Below are positions 19,321 through 28,500 of a stretch of DNA of 64,000 nt, in pieces. Every line of letters starts with the position of its first letter. Position 1 is the stretch's first letter. The stretch covers positions 7,497-71,496 of the forward strand of contig CAXFAS010000004.1 of NCBI GenBank assembly GCA_964001175.1. Reading direction: 5' to 3'. This DNA comes from an uncultured euryarchaeote. Lineage in GTDB: Archaea; Thermoplasmatota; Poseidoniia; Poseidoniales; Poseidoniaceae. The notes beneath the pieces are model-generated. The model saw only the letters and a list, made by a program, of their open reading frames with translations. It did no database searches and was not told the DNA's origin. Made by a program: the position numbers and the translations under genes.

Positions 19321-19740
19321 ATGGGTATACGTTCTTTCATCCATAGGTTAACCGCTCCTAGTCCAAAGAGAAGTATTTTGATCGATGAAGAAGTAAAAAT
19401 GGTCTTTATCATAAATTCTGAATTGAAGATGGGTAAAGGTAAAATTGCTGCACAGGTAGGTCATGCCGCTGTATCATCTACCTTGAAATCTGGAGATAAA
19501 ACACCTGAACTACTCGAAGCATGGCTGGCATCAGGGCAGAAGAAAATATGTGTCAAAGGTAATGATGCTGAACATTTACTTCAGTTAGAAAAACAATCTA
19601 GAGAAAGAGATATTACTACCGTGAAAATTAACGATGCAGGACATACTCAGATACCTTCAGGCTCTCTAACAGTATTATCATTAGGCCCTGATTTGGAGAC
19701 AAATTTGAATAAGATTACTGGAGATTTGAAACTTCTATAA
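19321..19740 (+). CDS. pth2: Peptidyl-tRNA hydrolase Pth2, copy 2 (divergent paralogue)
   Basis: Motifs GKIAAQVGHAA, KICVKG and NDAGHTQIPSGSLTVLSLGP. The conserved core begins at the internal Met at 19399 (MVFIINSELKMGKGK), also giving 113 aa. The longer ORF adds a 26-aa basic N-terminal extension. Confidence 0.8.
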   Translation: MGIRSFIHRLTAPSPKRSILIDEEVKMVFIINSELKMGKGKIAAQVGHAAVSSTLKSGDKTPELLEAWLASGQKKICVKGNDAEHLLQLEKQSRERDITTVKINDAGHTQIPSGSLTVLSLGPDLETNLNKITGDLKLL

Positions 19741-19781
19741 TCAATCGCCGCATTGATGAGTAATGGGTCATTCGATAGTTC

Positions 19782-20822
19782 ATGCGCGAATACCCTAGTG
19801 ACCGAGTAGACTTGCGTAGTGATACTGTTACTCAGCCAACTGCTGCAATGAGAGAAGCAATGATGAATGCACCCGTTGGCGACGACGTTCTAGGTGATGA
19901 TCAAACCGTTATTCAGTTGCAGGACATGCTCGCAGAAATGTTGGGTAAAGAAGCAGCACTATTTGTTCCAAGTGGGACAATGTCTAATGCTATAGCAATT
20001 AGAGCACATACAGTCCCAGGCGATGAAATTATTACAGAAACAGTCAGCCATATTTACGTTTACGAAGGCGGAGGATATGCAGCCCTTTCTGGGTGCTCAG
20101 TAGCCCTTGTTCCGGGTAATTCCGGAATCATGGAGCCTAAAGATGTAGAAAAAGCAATTCGTAAACAAGAAGGCAGCCTTGGACATTATCCAAATGGAAC
20201 TCTAGTATGTGTTGAAAATACAGCAAATCGCGGTGGAGGGACATGTTACCCCCAAGATACTCTTGATGAAATAGCGAAAATAGCTCACCAAAATGGATGT
20301 GCAGCACACATCGACGGCGCTAGATTATTCAACGCTTCAATCGCAACTGGAATATCCCCTTCTAGAATGGTTAAGGAATACGATTCAATTTCAATTTGTC
20401 TTTCAAAAGGCCTTGGCACACCTGTTGGAAGTGTTTTAGTTGGCTCGAGCGAGTTTATTTCAAAAGCCCATAGATGGAGAAAGATGTTCGGTGGCGGAAT
20501 GAGGCAAGCAGGGGTACTAGCAGCATGTGGAATTTATGCTCTAGAAAATCATATAGAAAGATTACAAGAAGATCATCAAAGAGCGAAACATCTAGCTAAA
20601 GTTGTTAATTCTATAGATGGATTTAATGTCGATCTAGATAGTGTGGAAACCAATATGGTTTACATTGAAGGCGATATTGGGGCTAAACAAATTCTCGAAA
20701 ACCTAGCAAAACATGGTATTGATGTTTTGGAAGTTGGGCCTACAGCAGTAAGGGCAGTTGTCCACTTACATATCACAGATGAAGACATTGAAAGGACAAT
20801 TCAAGCTTTCCAGAGTATCTAA
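19782..20822 (+). CDS. ltaE: Low-specificity L-threonine aldolase (PLP-dependent)
   Basis: [35 protein letters not shown] is the classic threonine-aldolase N-terminus. The fold-type I PLP core includes the lysine region SICLSKGLG. Confidence 0.85.
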   Translation: MREYPSDRVDLRSDTVTQPTAAMREAMMNAPVGDDVLGDDQTVIQLQDMLAEMLGKEAALFVPSGTMSNAIAIRAHTVPGDEIITETVSHIYVYEGGGYAALSGCSVALVPGNSGIMEPKDVEKAIRKQEGSLGHYPNGTLVCVENTANRGGGTCYPQDTLDEIAKIAHQNGCAAHIDGARLFNASIATGISPSRMVKEYDSISICLSKGLGTPVGSVLVGSSEFISKAHRWRKMFGGGMRQAGVLAACGIYALENHIERLQEDHQRAKHLAKVVNSIDGFNVDLDSVETNMVYIEGDIGAKQILENLAKHGIDVLEVGPTAVRAVVHLHITDEDIERTIQAFQSI

Positions 20823-20870
20823 TTGTGCCTTTTATTGAAATACTCTCGATATTTTAAAATCCGAGAGATT

Positions 20871-23192
20871 ATGTCTAACAAGGGCCAAAAATGTCAAATT
20901 TGTAAATCAAAAGCATCTGTTAAAGGGCTATGTCACTTATGTAATTCATTGGTAAAGAATGTTAGAAAGAAATCTTGGAATAAAGAGATTCCTGAGGACA
21001 TAAACCTAAGAGCGATCGAAATGGTCGGAGGCGGTGAACAAACTACTCCTAAACGTTGGAAATCTTTTGAGAAATCGGTCGGCGAAACAGAATTAACCAA
21101 CTGGGCCAAATTAGAAAATAACACAGACCCAGTTCTAGAATTTCCTTGTGATAAAGAAAAAGGCTTAGAAATTTGTTCGGAACTGGAAGGAGGGGCTAGA
21201 CTTAACGCGAAGGATAGATCAATTCTTCATCAGGGGTTTCAAATGATCAATGATACACGAATTTCATTTCTGGCATCTAAGGTAATAATTAATGGTAGAG
21301 TTTTACCCAATGATGTCCCTGTAGCGTCGATTGTAAGAATAATTTATGATCAAAAAGCGAGGATAGGCTGGGATATTTCGCAATTAGTTATTGCATTAGG
21401 TTCAATCAATTTCCCCACTGGAGGCAATATAAATGAGCGATATAATTTCCGAGTAAGACAGCGAAGAAGACATGTTGACAGAGACTCGGTATTAGCAACA
21501 CTATCCTGGATTGAATGGATGGCTGAAGAAAATATCGCACCTCCTGAAAACTATCGGCTACATCCATTATCAGTCTGGGCTAGAGACTTAAGATTGAGAT
21601 TACTAGAACAAAGTGGAAGAGGATTTCAAGAAACAGTAAATATTGCATTTCATAACCATCCAGGTGGAATGGAACAAATTAGCCGTTTTCCATGGATAGA
21701 TGAATGGAAAAATTATCATTCGCCAACAATTCACAATACTCCAGGTTCATGGCCGTTAAACATTTTTTCAATGAACTTAAAATTCAAAGTTAGAAATAAA
21801 CAAAATTCTACCCGTCTTGCAAGCGTACCAAATAGGCCATGTATTTGGGCAGCACTAATCGCTCTTGCATTCTCTCCCGCGTCATCTAAAAATGGACATC
21901 TCTTGTATTCAGTACAGTATAACTGGACACATCAACAAGAAGCAATAGTTGACATCCCCGCTCCATTGCAAAGATCAATTCAGTTATTGAACGAAGTAAT
22001 TGATGGAAATTCATCTGAAGTTTTTGTCGAACAAGACACTTTACTTGTGGTAGGACGGCTTGGCCATTTTTATGAGGTTAAGGTAGGGGAAGGAGCTCAT
22101 GGCGCTCCATATATAATTAGACATGTATCTTCATTGAAACCAAGAAAGTCTCAGCCTATATGTATACACAGCGGAAGGTTTCATTCAAATTTACCTTTAG
22201 GTGACACGATTGCTTCCGTGGTCTTGTCGCTACTAGATGATATTTCAATTTCTCAACGTGTTGATAGTTTGAGGCAAGAACTTAGTAATAAACAACCGAT
22301 TGGATTTCCTTCACTACTCTCAAAACAGCATATACAATTACTTGATAGTGATGCACTGAAAGAGTTCACAAAAAGTCTCAGAGAACAAACGCCAAGATGG
22401 TTATCAAGAGAACAGTTGGAATGGGACGTAATTGAAGAAGAAGGCTTCGGCCCTGCAGAAAGAGTTAGGCAGCAATTCAATTACATAATGCGTAGAAATA
22501 GATATTACATCGAGCTTAGAGAAGGTAAGTCGGATGAGGAAGACGAGGCAAGCAAGGTGATCATTGATGACTTGGAAAAGAGTAATTCCAAGGCGTCCAT
22601 TTCCAAACTTGTTAAAATATGGAGGAAGGAATTCAAACCGATAATGGATTCCGATAACCCCGTAGTGTTCGATCGCTTTTGGAATCATTTCCATGGGCGC
22701 AGAGACTGGATTTATTTGCGTAACAATGGACGGCCAGAAAATGAACATCCAATTGGAGATATTAGAGATGGTGAAAGAAGATATTGCGAGGTAATTCCTC
22801 GGGTATGGGAGGCGTTAATTCTACAACCTGTGGGCGCTCAAGTAACTCTTTCAACAGTCAATGATGGTGAAATTTCTTTTCAATATTGTCAGTTAAGAGT
22901 AACTGTAAGAAATCAAGCTGAGCGAAATTTACTCAAACGACTATTGAATATGTTAGGCTATCAAGAAGATGAGGGGGACCAACAAGAACGTCTTCAAGTA
23001 TATTATCGAAGAGACCATCCGCGCCCTAGAAATCGTAGGATGCTTACCAACGTATTAACGAGATTCCAATCCCGAATGGGTGCAAGAGGCGCGCCACCAT
23101 GGTGGTGGCATTATGCTGATGTTACTCCACCACCACAAGAAATACCCGAGTTTCGTTGGCAATTACAAGAAGATCTCACAGATAATAGATGA
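20871..23192 (+). CDS. Large hypothetical protein with N-terminal CxxC...CxxC zinc ribbon (orphan)
   Basis: CQICKSKASVKGLCHLCNS lies at the N-terminus. There are basic patches (RVRQRRRHVDRD, RRDHPRPRNRR) and a C-terminal APPWWWHY...PPPQEIPEF. The ORF track starts at a TTG (20823) directly abutting the ltaE stop; I prefer the ATG at 20871 (MSNKGQKCQIC), which gives 773 aa. No catalytic motif is recognised. Confidence 0.6.
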   Translation: MSNKGQKCQICKSKASVKGLCHLCNSLVKNVRKKSWNKEIPEDINLRAIEMVGGGEQTTPKRWKSFEKSVGETELTNWAKLENNTDPVLEFPCDKEKGLEICSELEGGARLNAKDRSILHQGFQMINDTRISFLASKVIINGRVLPNDVPVASIVRIIYDQKARIGWDISQLVIALGSINFPTGGNINERYNFRVRQRRRHVDRDSVLATLSWIEWMAEENIAPPENYRLHPLSVWARDLRLRLLEQSGRGFQETVNIAFHNHPGGMEQISRFPWIDEWKNYHSPTIHNTPGSWPLNIFSMNLKFKVRNKQNSTRLASVPNRPCIWAALIALAFSPASSKNGHLLYSVQYNWTHQQEAIVDIPAPLQRSIQLLNEVIDGNSSEVFVEQDTLLVVGRLGHFYEVKVGEGAHGAPYIIRHVSSLKPRKSQPICIHSGRFHSNLPLGDTIASVVLSLLDDISISQRVDSLRQELSNKQPIGFPSLLSKQHIQLLDSDALKEFTKSLREQTPRWLSREQLEWDVIEEEGFGPAERVRQQFNYIMRRNRYYIELREGKSDEEDEASKVIIDDLEKSNSKASISKLVKIWRKEFKPIMDSDNPVVFDRFWNHFHGRRDWIYLRNNGRPENEHPIGDIRDGERRYCEVIPRVWEALILQPVGAQVTLSTVNDGEISFQYCQLRVTVRNQAERNLLKRLLNMLGYQEDEGDQQERLQVYYRRDHPRPRNRRMLTNVLTRFQSRMGARGAPPWWWHYADVTPPPQEIPEFRWQLQEDLTDNR

Positions 23193-23200
23193 TCAATCAA

Positions 23201-24088
23201 TCAAGATTTTCTTGCCATCGCCGCAAATAATACAACCATAATGCTTGTTATGGCTGAAATACTTGGCAAAGAATCGTCTTTGTCATCTTGTTCAGAATTA
23301 TCGGTTGGCTCATCGACTGAATTATCTATCAACGTAAAGTGATACATTAGATGAATTTGAAGGTCATCACCATCAAAAGCCTCAGGAATTTCTACACTAC
23401 TTGTCCCCATACTTTCGGAGCCGAGATTGATTATTTTCTTAACAATATTAGGATAAATCTCTTTTCCATTAGAGCCTTCTTTGAATTCTGCTGAATCTTC
23501 AACAATCCAAGCATTTACGCTCATCACATAATCATCGAATCTAGTTAAATCGGTTTCTATAGCCCAAGAAATTATACCTGAATTATTGCCTTGTGGATTC
23601 CAAGTAAAGGTTGAATTTCCATCAATACCTAATGATTGATTGACTATTTCACGATAATCAGTTTCTAGAGAATCACTATTTGGTAGGGACCCGATTTGTT
23701 TAACGGTCCCATTGAATACTACTATTGGAGGTGCTCCTGAACCGTATCTTTGTTTGTAATGATCTTCAGTATTGTCTGAACCAAAAGGGTCTTCATGGTC
23801 ATTATTTCTGTGAAAATGGTACTTCTGTACTATCCCTTCATCATCCAAATCCTGTAAAACATCTTCAACTTTAACACAATTTGTACACCATGTAGCAGTA
23901 TAATCTTCCGCTATTGCTGGAAGCGAATCCAAATCAGATGATTGAAAACTTGAATTATTTACCCACGTCCACTGGCCTCCAAATAATGGCCCTGAGCCAC
24001 TATCTTCAGCTTGCTTAGCTGAAACACTACTAGGCCCAGTAAAGCCGATTAGAATAAGCAAACAACAAACCAACAACGCTCTGCGCAT
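23201..24088 (-). CDS. Secreted thioredoxin-like protein with C-terminal membrane anchor
   Basis: The signal peptide MRRALLVCCLLILIGFTGPSSVSA|KQ begins at the ATG at 24088; the ORF-track start at 24130 is a GTG abutting the tfb stop. A Trx-type motif is present (YTATWCTNCVKVEDVL). The C-terminus has an acidic linker, a hydrophobic helix and a basic tail (DDKDDSLPSISAITSIMVVLFAAMARKS). Confidence 0.6.
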   Translation of the reverse strand: MRRALLVCCLLILIGFTGPSSVSAKQAEDSGSGPLFGGQWTWVNNSSFQSSDLDSLPAIAEDYTATWCTNCVKVEDVLQDLDDEGIVQKYHFHRNNDHEDPFGSDNTEDHYKQRYGSGAPPIVVFNGTVKQIGSLPNSDSLETDYREIVNQSLGIDGNSTFTWNPQGNNSGIISWAIETDLTRFDDYVMSVNAWIVEDSAEFKEGSNGKEIYPNIVKKIINLGSESMGTSSVEIPEAFDGDDLQIHLMYHFTLIDNSVDEPTDNSEQDDKDDSLPSISAITSIMVVLFAAMARKS

Positions 24089-24130
24089 ACCTATTGCTAC
24101 AGATGGCACATTTTTAATGAATCGATTCAC

Positions 24131-25243
24131 TCACTCGTCTTCATACCAGTGCTGGGCAGTGTCAAAAGCCCCGTTATCAACAATGCTCCCTTCCTTTACT
24201 TTCTGCTGGAATCTCTCTAAACTAGCACTAACTCCGCTACCTGTTCTGTATAAACATTCAGCGATTTTGGCTAGTAAACCCTTCTCGAGCCCCATCATAG
24301 ATAGGCTTGCATATGTTAGGGTAGCAATAATCATCCTAGCTTCAGTATTGATTGTTGTGGCATTCTCTTGGCCTTCGCCCAATGCTTGGACTCTAGCGCT
24401 GACATCTTCTAGTATCTTGTCAACCATCTGCTCAGGTAAGAAATCGAGTAGCATTTGGTCGGTATGCAACATCGCTTGAGTGATGTCATCATACCTCTTT
24501 TCACCAGGCGCCTTTCTAGGTATGTCATTACCCCAACCCATTCTCGACCTAGCTTTCCAGTGATTCAGGATAATTATTCTAGCCTTTACAATCTGTTTAG
24601 AAGTAACTCCATCATTATTCAATGAACGCCTTCTGTCGAATTTGGGTAAGATCCCCAATTCGCCAGCCAACTCAACAATCGCATCAGCAATTATTACTGC
24701 ATTCTGATGCTCGGACTCACCCTTTAGCCCCTTCTTTTGTCTACAGATACTCTGTTTAGGCATCGACAATGATTTAGATAATGATTTATCTTTTAGTTCA
24801 GAGCGTTTTTTCTCTTGTTCAGGAGTAAGAGGCGTACAAGCCATTTCAGTGATTTCGTAAACAACATCTCTAACATTCTTGCCATATCTCGATTCAATAA
24901 GGTTGTGCACCTTCTTACAAAATGGGTGCTTCTGTCTAAAAGAGTCATACTTTCTCTTACTGAATCTCCAGAAAACCTTGTTTTTGACGCCCTTTAGGTC
25001 ACCAGGCATTAATCTAGCACCGCTAGTCCCTGGGCTACTGCCTCTTCCAACAATCTCCATTTGCCTCTCAGCGCCTTGAGAAATACTATCTGCAACACTA
25101 TCAATTGGCGAGTAATTAACATCAACCAATCCACAATCAGTACAGGTTTTCTCGCCAAGTTTCGAATCATATGTGGCGTTTTTACTGCCGCAATCATCGC
25201 ATCTATCTTCTTCTAATCTTGTTTCTTTCTTGTCGTGTACCAT
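24131..25243 (-). CDS. tfb: Transcription initiation factor TFB (TFIIB)-like, divergent long paralogue
   Basis: The N-terminal TFIIB-type zinc ribbon CDDCGSKNATYDSKLGEKTCTDCGLV has the characteristic GE.xC.xCG.V ending. The C-terminal two-thirds is helical and compatible with cyclin-like folds, but the B-reader/linker is not recognisably canonical. AAGGAGG sits 9 nt upstream of the ATG. Confidence 0.65.
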   Translation of the reverse strand: MVHDKKETRLEEDRCDDCGSKNATYDSKLGEKTCTDCGLVDVNYSPIDSVADSISQGAERQMEIVGRGSSPGTSGARLMPGDLKGVKNKVFWRFSKRKYDSFRQKHPFCKKVHNLIESRYGKNVRDVVYEITEMACTPLTPEQEKKRSELKDKSLSKSLSMPKQSICRQKKGLKGESEHQNAVIIADAIVELAGELGILPKFDRRRSLNNDGVTSKQIVKARIIILNHWKARSRMGWGNDIPRKAPGEKRYDDITQAMLHTDQMLLDFLPEQMVDKILEDVSARVQALGEGQENATTINTEARMIIATLTYASLSMMGLEKGLLAKIAECLYRTGSGVSASLERFQQKVKEGSIVDNGAFDTAQHWYEDE

Positions 25244-25545
25244 ATTTTTATGCCTCCTTCTTGTTATGCGTCATTAAGCCCCCAATTCCAAATCTAGCGA
25301 TGTAGTGATTTTGTGAAAATAGGCCATTGAACGGGTAATTAACTACGCAGGGATATAGATGTGTACGAACAGGTAGATGAATGTTTCGATAAAAACCCCA
25401 TAATATCCCGTAACATGAATGCTTCATATTGCGAATCATATACAACATATTCTTCGACAGTATTTAAAGAATAAGAACTACAACCAAAACACACTCCAGA
25501 ATTAGGAAAGCCTTCAATAAGTGTCGTACAATGTGACAATAGTTG

Positions 25546-25554
25546 AGAGGAGGC
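25546..25554 (+). promoter_or_regulatory. Shine-Dalgarno-like site (GAGAGGAGG) for the AddB-like gene
   Basis: GAGAGGAGG ends 6 nt before the ATG at 25561. This supports 25561 rather than the TTG at 25543 as the start. Confidence 0.5.
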
Positions 25555-25560
25555 TTGTCG

Positions 25561-28500
25561 ATGTTAGATGGAAAACAGAAAGCAAACATCTCGATTGAAG
25601 CGACTCCTAGTGGAAAAAGTCTTCCCGATTGGCTGTTTGAATCATTAGCATCTAATCAATCCCGTGAAGTTATTATCATTTACCCTAATGAAAGTTCAAG
25701 AAAGTCAGCATTGAATAAATTGGCCGATGTGACTTCATACATCGATTCGTCAAAGCACATGACCATACAACGCTTATTTGATACACTTCATCTCGATTTT
25801 AGGTTACCAAGTAAAATGCAAGACGATGCATTACTCTTCTCAATTGTCCATCAAAGAACCCAACAACATGCTCACAATGGGCAGCTCCCACTAATGTTTT
25901 CTCCGATAAAAGGTAGAATATGGAGTGAGTACAAGACTGAAAGGTTACAGTCATTACATAGAGAGTTAAGCGAATTAAAAAGTCCTTGGAGATGGGAAAA
26001 CGATCCTGGCGTAAAAGAATTTCACAATATACTAAAAAAAATTGAACAACAAACGAATAGCACATATCCGGATTTAATGAAAAGTAATTTATTAGAAAGG
26101 TTGAATTTTGCAGTTCAAGAAAAAGAGGTTCCTTTCAGTTTATCAGGAGTTGAAGGCATCATTATTCTTGACCATGCGCCAGATTTTAGCGAAATAAATC
26201 GATTGCTATTACAAAAGATATCCCGTATAACTCCAATCCATCAATTATGCAATCCAGGATCTTTCCGTCTAGGATTTCATGGTGCTTTTGTAGAAGATAT
26301 CGAATGGTGCGACGAAACCACAATACCCAAATGGATACCTAAGCATGAAGTGTGGCGATACCCCAAACAAGCCAATTGGATTTCACCAGTTGGAAAGTTA
26401 AGAAGTACACAAATTCATCGAATTTCCCTGGAAAGAAAACATCATAATATTGATACAACGTTTCAATTAATTAAGAACTATCTTTCGTCGAATGACGGTA
26501 AAGTAATTGTTATAGATGCTGGATTAAAGCATAATAGCAGAGCATGGAAAAGTCGATTAAATGATATGGGAATAATCTGTGATTCCAAAGCCAAAACTCT
26601 CATTGAGCAACCATCCATTGCAGGACTGATCACTCTCTTACAAATTGGAGATGGCCTCGAGGCATGGTCATTTGAGAAATTTAGAAGGCTAATAGAAAAC
26701 AACGGCCTTCCAATAGAATTTTCTTCATTCAATGAATTGATACATGCTACCGAAAAAGGTTGGAAGCCGAAACCACACCTAGATATTTTAGAAAAAATCT
26801 CACGAAGTTTTCATGTTTTAGGAGGCCCAGGGGCATTAAGAAGATGGTTGAAAACCTTGGAAAACGCGAAACCAATTATCGGAGATGACATTGAATTAGT
26901 AAGACAGAAATTAGAGGAGACCCAGTGGTGGCTTGCAAATATCTGTCGGTTATGGGCACCATTATATGAAGAAGCAAAAGATTACAGTAATGAATCATTT
27001 ATTGGATGCTCAACAGGCAGTAAACTTCCTCTTATTGAAGAATTAAGTCATGGAAATAATTGGATTAATGAAATTTACAGATCAATTAACTGGAAACGCC
27101 TTACTCTATTAGATGCAGAGTATTCCAACTCCATTACCGGATTACAAAAATTGATTGAAGAACACCATCGCCTAATGTTTTCATTGAATGAAATTGGATT
27201 AAAAACCCCCAACTCTGGTGAAGATTTCATAAGACACTTGATGAAAATTATTCGTAAAACTAAATTGTCAAATTCAAGACTTGAATCTGCCAATGTGAAG
27301 GTTTTGACACCGTTAGAAGCATTTGGTTTGGAAGCGGATTTGATAATTTTATCTGGATTGGATGTAGATTCATGGTCGATGAAAGCCCCTAAAATCCCAT
27401 GGTTAGATTCGGAGTCAAGATTACAGTTGGGATTACTTAATTCAGATATTGAGATTAGAAAAGGACGACATCATTTGAAACATTTTCTTAATGCTTCTGA
27501 AACCGTTGTGATTCTTGATACTAGTGAAGATGAATCGGTAGGTCCCGCAGCACCATTGGTTGAATTTTTAGAAGATGCGAAGCGGAGTAAGCAATTCCAA
27601 CAACTTAGTATTATACCATCATTTATCTCTGAAAATGAATATGATGAAAGTAATCTTGATAGATCTTGGGACCTCAAATCTCAAGCAGAAGAAGAACCAA
27701 ACATTTGGTTGACTCCTAGGCCTTATTCGATGTCCATGGGGGACAGTGGTGCAATAGGCCATAGGTCTGGATTTAGAGGCAGAGACGCCCGTCAACGTAC
27801 AGGCTTAAATTTAGCCAGTGGTAGAAAGGTTACTACTCGCCCGATTTCGATTAATAATTTAGCATCAGCCCATGAATTTTCAATTTATAATGACCGACTT
27901 ATCCGTCAACCAAGTCATAAAAATATCAACAAGGAAGAGTATCTTCCTTGGGAATCAAGAGAATTAATGGTTTCAGTTGATGATTTAACTATGCGGCCTA
28001 CTAAGTCTCAGGTTATTATTGGTTCAAAAGATGCAAAGGAGTGGCCACATCTTGGCATGAAAGGTTCTCGAAGTAAAGGTCCAGCAATCGATCCAAGACC
28101 TCTACCTATGTTTGATTCTGGAAGCGAATCAATACAATCTATTACTGGATTTATTTCTCAACCAATTATTCGTAAAAAATGGTCTGCTAGTAGGATTCAA
28201 TCATGGTTAAAATGTCCCCGTCAGGCATGGCTTGAGAAACACCTAGGTGCTAGAGAATTAGAACAACCGACAGAGGATATAGACGACAGGGTGAGAGGAC
28301 TATTAGTTCATGATATAGAAGGCGCAATATTGGAAGAGCATGGAATTAAAATCGCCGGTGAGCCTAGTAAAATTACCCTTCCATTATCCAAAGGACCGTT
28401 GGATACTATAGAGAAGGTTTGGAAAGTGGCATTAAATTATCTTGAACTTAATGCAGAATGGCTTACCAGATCTAATGCTGTTGCTCATCACAGATGTAGA

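Noticed and set aside
25248-25539. Two overlapping 66-aa minus-strand ORFs in the tfb/addB intergenic region
   Set aside because: They overlap each other in different frames. They lack SD-like sites and have odd composition. The region is better explained as a divergent promoter and 5' UTR.
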